Program-made: the position numbers and the translations under genes
Origin: Saccostrea echinata
Lineage: Eukaryota
Reading direction: 5' to 3'
DNA length: 64,000 bases
Assembly: GCF_033153115.1 (NCBI RefSeq)
Contig: NW_026889776.1
Coordinates: 6,014,001 to 6,078,000, forward strand
Part shown: piece after piece, positions 53,085-64,000 of the stretch
Position numbering within the stretch: position 1 is the stretch's first letter
How the letters are laid out: each line of letters begins with the position of its first letter
The notes under the pieces: model-generated
Seen by the model: only the letters and a program-made list of their open reading frames with translations
What the model was told of the DNA's origin: nothing
Databases searched by the model: none

Positions 53085-53411
53085 TCGTTCACAGTAGCTC
53101 AGTCGGTAGAGCGCTCGCTCCGTGATCGGGAGGCCGCGACTGACCTGTCGATAAAAAAAATTGGTAGCAACTGTTCCTTCGCCATTTGCTCGGCACTTTG
53201 AAGTGAAAGTTGCGGGTCCTTCGGATGAGACCTTAAAAACCGAGTCTCCGTGTCACGGCAGGCGTTGGCACGATAAAGATCCCTCACTGCTCAATGGCCC
53301 TGAGTGCCGAGTAAAGGTAAAAATTTGAAGCCCTTCACCGGTACATGTATATGGTGAAGTCTCTATATGAGTGAAAAATTCTCAAATGGGACGTAAAACA
53401 ACATACAATCA
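53085..53411 (+). mobile_element. SINE family B with B box deleted
   Basis: TAGCTCAGTCGGTAGAGCG head joins directly to GGCCGCGACTGACC; core and tail present. Confidence 0.82.
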
Positions 53412-54340
53412 TAGTACGTCTAAACAGTGCTGCATCATTAACAATTTTCTACATTGCTCCAAACATTAACAATGGGACTATGAACATTCTCAAAAAGGCC
53501 ATTTTTCAAACTTTAGGGGAAATGTGATTAATCCGAAGACAGTCACTTCATTCCATAGTTAATCAAGACTTCATACGGTTGTGTCCAATGATTTAGGAAT
53601 TCCCAGTATTCCTTGTTTTAACACTGTTAATAACTTAAGAATTCAGTGGAATTGAAGCACATCTCATATTTTAGTCCAAATGAGCTAAATGTTTGAAGGA
53701 ATTGAATTTAAAAATTAATTTAAAAGAAAGAAGAAGAAAGGAACATATTACTGTAGGAATACATGAAAACGACGTTTAAAACCAAAAGAACACTTTGCAA
53801 TTCATAAAATATTCAGATGTATCCAGACAACCCTCTAGTTAAATGTCTCTTAGTGTGAACATAAAAAAATCACAAGTACGTAATAAACTTTTACAGTGCA
53901 TCTGAAGAATGTACTGTTTAGTGGATTGTATAACCCAACACCCTAAAACGTATTTTTTTTTTAAAAATTCAAATCGTATTAAAGATTTGGCATTATATTG
54001 AAATTCATAATTTTAAATCTTATATTAAGTTTGTTACAACTGAAGTAATTAAAATCAATCGCTTTATTAAAGAACATTTCATTTTTTATTAATTGATGAA
54101 ATCACTTGAAACCGATGAAGTAAATTTTTTTCGTTTGATCACATCTCTACTGTGCATTGGCTATCGGAAGTTATTTCATTTTCCCGCTTGTGTAAGGAAG
54201 ATTTTTTGAATGTTTGTTGAAATATGCTTAGACAATGAAATTAGTTGCGCATGCTTGAAGCCCATCAGATTTCTACATTAAATCTCATCATTTTTTAACA
54301 ATAATCGCAATCTTAATCTTATTTTCAGTGACATTTTGTA

Positions 54341-54655
54341 ATGTTTGGCTTAAAATTTTTTTTATTTATTTGCGCGATACACTGTGTCGTTTTGGAAAAA
54401 AATGATAACGTAAACAACATAAAAGTGACAGCACCAGGCCAATGTATTCAAACTAACAAGGTCATAAAAAGTTTAACTATCATAGGACAAAAACAGTGTA
54501 TTCGAAAATGTTTACAAAATGGTCAATGTAGATCTGTTAATTACCGAAGACAGCAACTTCATTGTGAACTAATCGCAGCAAAGTATGGAGACACGGGCGT
54601 TTCCTTAGTACTGGATTCAGAATGTGATTACATTGAAATGGAAAATCAACCAGAG
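54341..54655 (+). CDS. Copy 4, exon 1: signal peptide + PAN/Apple domain
   Basis: ATG at 54341; PAN Cys pattern; GAG|GTTAGT donor; 315 nt. Confidence 0.88.
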
Positions 54656-54962
54656 GTTAGTACTGATTTTTATTGTCCAGTTAGTGCTGATATATATTGT
54701 CTAATTAGTACTGATTTTTTAAAATTATTTTATTGTTATAAGTAGCCCAGTTTATATTTTATTAAATGATGATAACAAAAAATACTAAATTTAACTATAA
54801 TTTACTAAAGTGTTACAGATATTACTATAGTTGTAAATCAAAGTTTTGAATCTTATAAATCTAAGTATATTTACTATGGATTTTAGATTGTAATATTTTA
54901 TGTTTTCCAAATTCATACATGCACAGTTTTTATATTTAAGGGAGTTATAACTTGAACATGTA

Positions 54963-55975
54963 TGAGGGGTTATCAAAAAGTTCGTTGACTAACGTAATAA
55001 AATTAAAACCGCTTGAGGTACATCAATGGATTTTCAAACATTTAAAAGCATCTTTTCTGCTTTATGAAATTAATTATAAATCATAATTTTTTTTAATTAA
55101 TGAATTATTAATGTTTTTGTAAACAATGGTATGTCCAGGCGGCACAACCTCGAACATGACGTATTTTCTACCTGAGTGTAACTGAGAAAAAAATCTTCTG
55201 AAAACGAGGTAAATTTAATCATGTGTTATGAAACAATTGTTCCGTAAAAGTTGCAAATGTTTACCTCATTCTCTAAGTTCTATGAAATTATATCATCAGT
55301 TTTATTTTTAAAGGGTTAAAATGACGTCAAAAGGCGGAAAAATGTCATTTTACAACACTCTATAAAGTTTCAGCCCCAAGACAAATGGTATAGAGCTAGA
55401 AAATGTTTAAACAGGCTACTGCATCCGGATCAGTGCTTGTTTTTAAATGCCAAAACAGATTCATCGAAAAGAGAAAAACACAGTAGTCGGGGTGACCAAA
55501 GTCAGTCACGTCGAAAAGTTACTTTGATTATGTGTAGTAGACATTGAACTCCGACAAGTAAATTATGCTGGCATAATGAAGTGAGGATCTTCCCTGTGTA
55601 TAGATTCATTAACAATATCAATACATTGCAATCAGTCGTTCATGACATTGTAAAGTCATAAAATCAAGACAGAATTAGGTCCTTAATTAACTCCAGGGAA
55701 TCTCATTAAAATATGTGTATGAGAAATAGAGGAAGCCGGCATTGAATAATTATGACGTTGTCGGAAGTCATAAAAGTAAACGGCGACAGCACCGGATGAT
55801 CATATAATGTTTTTTTAATTTAAGGATAATTTGGTAAACTATCAAAATGCCGATTTGCAATTTCCAATACTTCTATAATTTTTTGTTGTTTTATGTTCTT
55901 GATAAATTCTATAATCAACGACTACATAGTATTAATTTTATCGCATCAGTCTACGAACATTTTGATAACCTCTCG
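54963..55975. mobile_element. Non-autonomous mariner-like element (~1.0 kb)
   Basis: TA|TGAGGGGTTATCAAAAAGTTCGTTGACT ... AGTCTACGAACATTTTGATAACCTCTCG|TA; no intact ORF. Confidence 0.78.
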
Positions 55976-56534
55976 TAAATACAAATATCATTTCCAATTT
56001 TTTTTTTTCATTATTTTATCGAATATAAGAGATTATAAGCTTTGAATTCTCAATAAAAGTTCTAGCGTAAAGTTTCTTGGTAAATCAAACTATCAATGTA
56101 TTTACTATAGTACAGTAAAACTATAGTAAACTTAAATTTTGTTAGGGTACCGGGAACAATGTCTCCTTACGCAATCATAAAAATTCTTAGTACATTTTTT
56201 AAATTAAGATAATATGAATTGAAATGGAACAAAATTTAAAGTCTGTCTACACGTATATTTAAAAAAATAAACCTTAAAATGTAATTTTTCAGCCTCTAAG
56301 GGCCAAAACTTCAAAAACATAGGGCTCATTGCATTCCCTTACTTGCATGTATAATTTAAGATTATTGATTTCAAGAACCTCAGAAAAATAAAACACACAA
56401 ATTAAATTGTCACAACTGAAATTGTGCGCATTTAAATAATTAATTAGATTTAAAATAATGCCTAGAGCTTAGGTTGTATTTTGAGTGAATAGATGAATAT
56501 GAACCTTGAAATTTTTCATTTTATCCATCATAAT

Positions 56535-57459
56535 TTTATACCCCCACTCCGGAAGAGAGGTGGGTATACTGTCTTACCCTTATGTGTCTGTTTCTGTGTC
56601 CCTGCGTCTGTCCGTAGCAGAATTTCGTAGCAATTTTCTCAGCAACTACTCATCACAAATGATTGAAAGTTTAGCACACTCTATGTTTAGGAATGCCATA
56701 TGGTGGAATTCATTTTTGCGCGAATCCGATGTCAACTTCCTGTTTATCTGTGCGTCTGACCGTATCATACATAATAAATTTTTGTCGCAGTTTTCTCAGC
56801 AATTACTCATCGCAGATGCTTGAAATTTTAGCACACTTTTTGTTTAGGCATGCCATATGGTGGGATTCATTTTTGTGCGAATCTGATGTCAACTTCATGT
56901 TTATCCATGCGTCTTACCGTACCATACATAACAAATTTTGGTCGCAGGTTTCTCAGCAATTACTTATTGCAGATGCTTGAAAGTTTAGCACACTCTTTGT
57001 TTAGGCATGTCATATGGTGGGATACATTTTTGTGAGAATACGATGTCAACATCCTGTTCATCAGTGCGTCTGTCTCTACCATTCATAGCAAATTTTGGTT
57101 GCAGTTTTCTCAGAAACTATTCATCGCAAATGCTTGAAATTTTAGCACATTCTTTGTTTAGGCATGCCATATGGTGGGAATCATTTTTGTACGAATCTGA
57201 TAACAATTTCCTGTTTATCCGTTCGTCTGTCCGTACCATACATAACAAATTTTGGTCGCAGTTTTCTCAGCATCTACTTATCGCAGATGCTGAGAGTTTA
57301 GCACACTCTTTGTTTAGGCATGACATATGGCGAAATTTTTTTTTGTACGAATCTGATGTCAACTTCCTGTTTATCCCTGTGTCTATCCATAAATGAACTT
57401 ATGTATTTACATCAGAACGGGGGTATTATTAGTGAGCATTGGCTCACAGACTTCTTGTT
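56535..57459 (+). mobile_element. Second HINE family with ~5 tandem 157-bp monomers (intron 1 of copy 4)
   Basis: 5' TTTTATACCCCCAC...GTGGGTATA inverted repeat, (TCTG)n-like tract, ATGCCATATGGTGG spaced 157 bp (56693, 56850, 57007, 57164), 3' GGGGGTAT plus hairpin GTGAGC-ATTG-GCTCAC. Confidence 0.8.
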
Positions 57460-57572
57460 ATTTTTAAAAACTTCATTATTTATAGTTTAAAAGATTGAAC
57501 CCTGAAATCATGAACATTGGAGTTTTATTAATTTTTATCTAAAAAAAATGTGTAGGAACTATATATTTCCAG

Positions 57573-57657
57573 GGGCTAGCTGGATCCTGTAAGTCAGCAT
57601 CCTGCAAAGGCCAGTGCACTGTTCTGAGCAGCGAAAAAGCATTTTGCATTCAAGGTC
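57573..57657 (+). CDS. Copy 4, exon 2: Cys-rich linker (GLAGSCKSASCKGQCTVLSSEKAFCIQG)
   Basis: TTTCCAG| acceptor, |GTAAGT donor, 85 nt. Confidence 0.87.
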
Positions 57658-59947
57658 GTAAGTATAAATATATTTTTATCCGTTCAGAACACAAATAATT
57701 TGCAGGAAATTTAGAAATCAGGTAATATTTTTATATAATAACATTCTAACTCGTTACATGTGTTTTGAAATGACGTAAACTTTATGACATTTTTCCCGTA
57801 ATGAAAGCGTAGGTCTGAAGTGACTTGACGACATATTATAGTACATGTATGACACCATATCTTGGTAGTTCAGAGAAATTACTGCAAAGGATGTACTGTG
57901 ATATTTTAAGAGAAGCCTTAACCTAACTTTTTGTCGAAGCAAAGTCTTGGAAAAAGTCTTTAAAAATGTCAATAGATTGTCATCATCTAGGAAGCATGAA
58001 ATGCCTGGAGATAACGAACAGTATTCAAGCTCAAACGTCTATTAAACAGTTCAAATTTTGGAGCAGAGAAAACACGGACCTCTAAAACATCAAAGGTGGG
58101 GTCATGTGCCACGGAGGAGTGAGCATCCCCTGTATTAATTTTTGCAATTGTTTTAAAGATATTTAGGGTTAGATGAAGCGCGGTAAAAGTGCGAAATGGT
58201 ACATGTATATAGTAAAGCTTTAACTGATGACGACTAATTTGTAAAAGTAAAAGATAAGTACAAATCTAAATTATCCTTGGTCCTTTCAGAACTGCGTGAA
58301 AGGTTTTTCACTTTAATGTCTACTAATTTTTGTAAGTGATATGAGCCATGGAAAAAACTGTATGTCAAATCAGGTTGGGGAATTTCATGTAAAAAATAAT
58401 GGTTAAAATCATAATTATTTTTCTATTCACGCAGATTTTCCCCCCAAAATACTTGCATTTATTTTACTTGATTTATCATAATTAACTCTCAAAACATTAA
58501 ACATATTGAACATTAGGTGTCATTCAAGAATTACTGGTTTATTTGTAGAATTACAATAAACATATTACCGACAATATGTGCCGATACACACTTTTCCTCT
58601 GCACAATTGGTATCAGTTCATCCTAAAAGTAACGATAGTTAGCTATAACAAATCAAAACATATCATTGTAGTAAATCATAGTTATCACTATAGTGTCATA
58701 TTAATCAATATAGCGTCAGGGTTATCATTATAGTTAATCAAAGTGTCAAAGTTACCACTTTAGTAAATGAAAGAATCGAAGATATCATCGTAGTATATCA
58801 AAGTTTTAGAAGTAATTACTATAATATTATAAAGTTTAAAAGTTATTTCTTAGGTAAATCAAATGTTCTATGAGAGAAATCTCATTACGTTCACAACAAA
58901 GGTATTATAAAGTTTTGTAGATTTTCCATATTTTACCAAAGATATCTGTTGATGCCTTGGTTTTCCAGTAATTCTACATACTTTTCATGCAATACATTTT
59001 GTTTAAAATTTAAATTTTAGTTTGATACTTTTAACTTTATTTTTATTATTCAATGACTGCTACTGGCAAGAAATTTCAAAAATAAATATTTGTCTTTCAT
59101 TTTGATTGTTCTATTAGTTTGACTGTTATATTAGTAAGCTACATTTATTAATGTCATTAAGTGCATCAAGCAAGATATACAGAGCTATTATACATAATGA
59201 TATTAAGTACATTTGAGTGAAAACTACAGTAAATAAAAGTTTTCATAGTGATCACTATAGTAATTCAGTAATTCAATGTTTTTAAAGTTTTCCCAGTGAC
59301 ATAGTGACATAGAACATGAAATATGAAGATAACGAACAGTTTTCAAGCTCAAAGTCCATTTAAACAATAGAAATCGGAAGCAGAGCAACCATGGACCTCT
59401 AAAAACAGAGGTGTGATCAGGTGCCATGGAGAAGTGAGTATCCCCATGTAAATAAAAGTGTAAAAGTTATCATTATGGTTAGCTATACATTTTCATAATG
59501 TTAAAGTTATCCAAATACTTAACTATAATCTACTATTTTGAAAGTATTACTTTTGTAAGTGCAGATTACCAAAGAATTAATACATTTTATCGATATTATC
59601 AACCTGATCCAGGGGCCATACATTTCAAATTCAGGTAGACGCATAATTGTTCATCAGAGCTATGTACTGAGTCTGTCTGTTAGATACTAAAGTTAATAGC
59701 CGAACTCCTTCCCTGTGCTCTTGAATTTTCCCAATCTGGTAAAAATACCCTTGCTCATTTATATCATTTTCCGAACTCCTTGCTAGATGTTCAGGAGACG
59801 AAAAAAAAAATTAAAGAATTATCGCATTTTATCTGTATGTCCAATAAAGTCCGATCCTAACAATTGAACCTCTGATCAAGATGCCATTTACAATTTTATG
59901 TAGATGTACCTACACTTGTTTTTTCAATAGTCATGTGCAAAAAAGAC

Positions 59948-60284
59948 TGATTGCCTTTATGTTTCATTCGAGAATTTTTCACTCATATGGAGACGTCTCC
60001 ATGTACCGGTGAAGGGCTTCAAATTTAGATCCTTACTCGGCACTCAGGGCCATTGAGCAGTAATGGATCTTTATCGTGCCAACGCCTGTCGTGATACGGG
60101 GCCTTGGGTTTTTTAAAGGTCTCATCCGAAGGATCCCCAACTTTTACTTCAATTTGCCGAGCGCCAGGCGAAGGAACAGTTGCTACCTATTTTTTATCGA
60201 CTAAGGTCAGTCGCGGCCGAGATTCAAACCCACAGCCTTCCGATCACGGAGCGAGCGTTCTACTGACTGAACTACCGTGACGGC
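59948..60284 (-). mobile_element. SINE family B, full length
   Basis: Reverse-complement match to 51914-52272; decayed TSD TGTGCA(A/G)AAAAG. Confidence 0.82.
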
Positions 60285-61297
60285 TGTGCAGAAAAGAAGA
60301 CTTTTAAATAATTAATGCATTTTTTCCGCCCAAACACCTGAACCACTGAGCCTGTGGTCAACTTATGAATGGAGTAAAATGCGCACTTGCTCATTATAAC
60401 TATGCACTTTGTGCGCTAAATGTAGAGGGAGGGATAAGAATTTTTTAAAGTAAGAATTAAAAGCTAGAGCCCTACTTTGGAGCCAAAATCTCTAAGTAAG
60501 TGATCATCTATTATACAAATCTGGTATCATTTCTCATTACAACAATCTTCTTCGTTTGCCTGCTAGATGCCCAAGAGCAGAAGAGATGTTTTTCAAAGAA
60601 TTAAATAAATGCATTTTCACTTTATGGTAATATCTTAGAAATTGGCTCAGTGTTTGAAAAGAAAAAGCTAAAATGTTCAAACGTTAAGGACCGACCATCG
60701 ACACACAACGTAGAAAAAAAAAACATACAGAAGACAGAGCATTCCCTTGCAAGAAAGCACATCCACCCCCGACATCTTATTATGCACTAACCCATCCACA
60801 CAAGGTTGTTTCAATATCCTCTCTATCTTCCTTGCCAGGGGATGAAAAGAAATAGTTCATCTGAGTGAATCAGACGACGTAAAGAGCATTAAATGTTCCA
60901 AATTTGATTTAAATATGACAGAAACATAGATATAGAAATTATTCATACTGGCTGTGTATAAATGGCAATTACATTGACCTTTTTAAGGACAGACGATACA
61001 TACACGCTTTTCTTTTTAAAAACCATGACATAACAACTTTAGTTGTTCGAATCAGTAAAATGAATAAGTTTAACTGCATAAATTATGATTTTACATTCAA
61101 AATTTTGAACATCAAAGAGCAGTTGCAATTTATTGATATTTTAGAAATGTGATATTCGCATCATTTACAACCAAAATAAGTCATGAAATATAGACAAATC
61201 CATGCATTGTTTTTGGTAACATCTCTCCTTAAGTTTATGTTCATGTAAGTGTTTATTCTCATTCTGGCATGTTTAAGTAAGTGCTATTCTTTTTAAG

Positions 61298-61377
61298 GTT
61301 GTGAGATTGGCTGGGTTCGGTATGAAACCAAATGTTACCTGTTCAACCATACAAGTCAATCATGGCCGGATGCAGCA
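61298..61377 (+). CDS. Copy 4, exon 3: start of CTLD (CEIGWVRYETKCYLFNHTSQSWPDAA); remaining exons are outside the window or lost
   Basis: TTTTTAAG| acceptor in phase 1; GW....KCYLF...W.DA; |GTAAGT donor at the same position as in copy 3. Confidence 0.85.
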
Positions 61378-61563
61378 GTAAGTCTCAAGTAACACGACAA
61401 TGGTTTAATCTTTTCAGTAGTGAAGCTACCATGCATGATTTTATTTCAAAGCATCCGATTTCTTTTCTGAAAAAATAAGGGGAAAAAAGAGAAACAAAAA
61501 AATATCGGACAGGAATCAATCTGAATTTTAGTAGTCATACTGTATGTACTCTGCAAAGCTTAA

Positions 61564-62346
61564 GGACATATGCAACGTAGTTTGAACTTAATTGTCTTTT
61601 TCCCTGGAGTTGAAGTGTTCCAATACTTAAAAGAACTATGTGCTACATTTTAATGTCTATATACTGTATGCTGTTGTACACTTCTTCTAAAACAAGTTTA
61701 GATACACAAAACATCTAAGATATATGTTTAGTATATGTTTGTATATTTTTCTTTTAATTATACAAGAATTTTCATCAATTGATAATTTTTCAAGACCCCT
61801 GGTAATGCATGCTGATTTTTTGTCCATGAACATCTGATGGTACTATAATCTTAAATTAAGAATATCTTGAAAAATTAACCGTAGGTAAGGTACGTTGCAT
61901 ATTAGTTAGAATAATCTAACTGTGTCTCGGGACAAGCCCTTACCACAGTTAGAATATTTCCCATATACTTGCAATGTAGCAAATCGGAGTGGATCCACTC
62001 CGAAATGATTTTGAAGAATACAAAAGGAGTTGCACTGAAAAAAACTACCAAATCAATTATAACAAACCTTTTTGAGATTGTATATGCCTTTAAACCTAAA
62101 AAAATAATCCATATAAATACGAAAATTCAACTCATTTTCTCAACGTTTTTTCCTCATTTCAAATTTAACGCCATATTGACATTCGGAACTCTTTGGATTG
62201 TTCATAGAAAAATGCACAGAGTTCGAGTTATCGGCCATGTTTATTTTGCAACATTGCCAATACACGGAGCGAATTCTATCTTTAAAGCGGGTCCGTAGGA
62301 CAATATCATTTTAACGATAGAATGTTCTATCTAGTTTAGTATGTCC
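61564..62346. mobile_element. Possible Kolobok-like MITE
   Basis: TTAA|GGACATA ... TATGTCC|TTTA; only a 7-bp TIR and an imperfect TSD. Confidence 0.35.
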
Positions 62347-62480
62347 TTTACTGTGTACTGTACAACACATCCTATTGTACGAATATTTAAGAAGACCATA
62401 TCTTATTTGTTGAGTTTGCCAGGGCATTAAAGAAAGTTGAAAATGAGGAATATTTTACATAACGGGCTTTGTATCCCATG

Positions 62481-64000
62481 TGTTTTGAACATATTTTATT
62501 GACATAAGCAAATGGATCGGAAACAAGTTCTTACAACTTACTGGTTCCTCTCCTTAAATATAACAATATGTCATGCAAAGAAAAAAAAATGCAGAGAAAT
62601 ATTAATGTTACAAGTAACATAATTGAAAGTTCTGTTCAATAACATAGTAATTTAAAATCTACAGGTTTCATTAATAAATTTATGGACAGCAGCAAAAATT
62701 GTATGATTAGTTTGTAGAGCAAATCTGTGTCATACCAAAGTAACAAATTTGTGTCAATATTGACCAACTCGTCGAGCAAAAACAGGCGGTTAAAAAGCTT
62801 ATTTCTAGCATTTCGATAATTTCTACATGTAAAAAAGAAATGATAAACATCTTCGTATTTACCACGTGAACAAAAAGGATTATCGATAATATTTCGATTA
62901 TAAAGATCATAATTAAGTAAACAGTTGTGTCTAAGTTTGGTATGAATTATGTTTTTATAGCGTTTACCACAAGAAAAGTATGTTAGCGGATTGCTGACTT
63001 TTGTAATAGTACATAAGTTTTTACGGAATGAATTAATTGAGATGGCTTCTTCGCTTCTACTTTTAATAAATTCCACTGTTTCACAGCATCTGGTACAAAG
63101 GACTTTTCGTATACTTCTAATCTACATCTTGGGACAATAAACTGTTCTTTATTACGGGTATTATATTTTGATACATTTTCTTGCTTGTTGGGGACAATAT
63201 TACTCAAATACTCAGGAACACACCCTTTATGAATTTTGAACATAGTAGTCATTTTTGCAATATAGCGCCTGGATTTTAAAATTTTCCAACCAGTTTCTAA
63301 GTAAAGTGTTTCTGAAGATACAAAAATAGGAAGCCCTGTGACAATTCTAGCGGCAGCTAGTTGCACTTTTTCAAGCTTATCAGCATCATGTTTAGAGCAG
63401 CCATCCCAAACAATAGAAGCCTATTCAAGCGTAGGTCTAATAAAGGTAGTGTACAATTTTGAAAGGTATTTCTACTCAGTTTGTACTAAAGTTTTTTCAA
63501 AAGCCCAAGTTTCTTATAAGCATTTTTTACAATACCGTCAATATATGCAGACCAGCTGAGGTTTTGTGATAAAAGTAGACCCAAGTGTTGATGGACTGGA
63601 ACGCACTCCAATCTGTCACCTTTAAAAAATATTTTAGGCATAACAGAAATAGTTTTCGTGTTAAAAAATAACCTTAGTTTTAGATGGGTTAAATTTTAGA
63701 AGCCACTTATTTGACCATAATTCCAAAATATGTGAATCGTGGTTTAACTTATATTCAATGTCTAAAAATTGTATGAAGATTGTTGAAGCGAATTGTCATC
63801 AGCAAACAATCTACACATTGACATATTTTCAGCAACATCGTTTACATAAATCAGAAATAAAAGTGGCCCCAAGACAGAGTCCTGCAAATATATCAAGTTT
63901 TGACGATAACAAATCCTTATACATAACTCTTTTTGACCTCTGACTTAGATAACTAGAGAACCACTGAAGGAGATCACCAGATATACCATAATTTTGTAAT
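62481..64000 (-). mobile_element. Decayed CR1/L2-group LINE, 3' part (reverse transcriptase plus C-terminal region), in intron 3 of copy 4
   Basis: Minus strand RLFADD (FADD at 63795-63806), FIRPTLEYASIVWDGC, QLAAARIVTG, LETGW and HTKLRH...C..G..E...HFFFTC across frameshifted ORFs; 3' end AATAAAATATGTTCAAAAC near 62482. Confidence 0.88.

Noticed and set aside
56506-57396. Four repetitive ORFs (MPYGGIHFC...) and a regular, CRISPR-like periodicity
   Set aside because: Frames shift with the 157-bp monomer of a HINE; no unique spacers, no cas genes, eukaryotic context

Overview
AT-rich, repeat-dense eukaryotic genomic DNA with four N-gaps. The repeat content (Helentron/HINE-type elements carrying ~167-bp Cg170-like monomers, Deu/Nin-core tRNA SINEs, CR1-like LINE) points to a bivalve, probably an oyster (inference). 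The protein-coding content is a + strand tandem array of four paralogous units encoding putative secreted proteins built as signal peptide + PAN/Apple domain (315-nt exon), a 4-Cys linker (85-nt exon) and a C-type lectin domain (CTLD). Copy 1 (5842-11465) and copy 3 (33039-42790) can be spliced end to end. Copy 4 (from 54341) runs off the window. Copy 2 (19790-20104) is an intact PAN exon with no downstream exons of its own. The PAN module is strongly conserved, while the CTLDs diverge and even differ in exon structure, which suggests a modular (exon-shuffled, possibly alternatively spliced) recognition-protein family. Other points of interest: a conserved non-coding block upstream of each copy, a co-varying Cys pair in the PAN domain, a minimal hammerhead-ribozyme-like motif at a Penelope-like end, and several TE insertions whose empty sites are visible in sister copies. 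All exon calls come from manual reading and have no transcript support.
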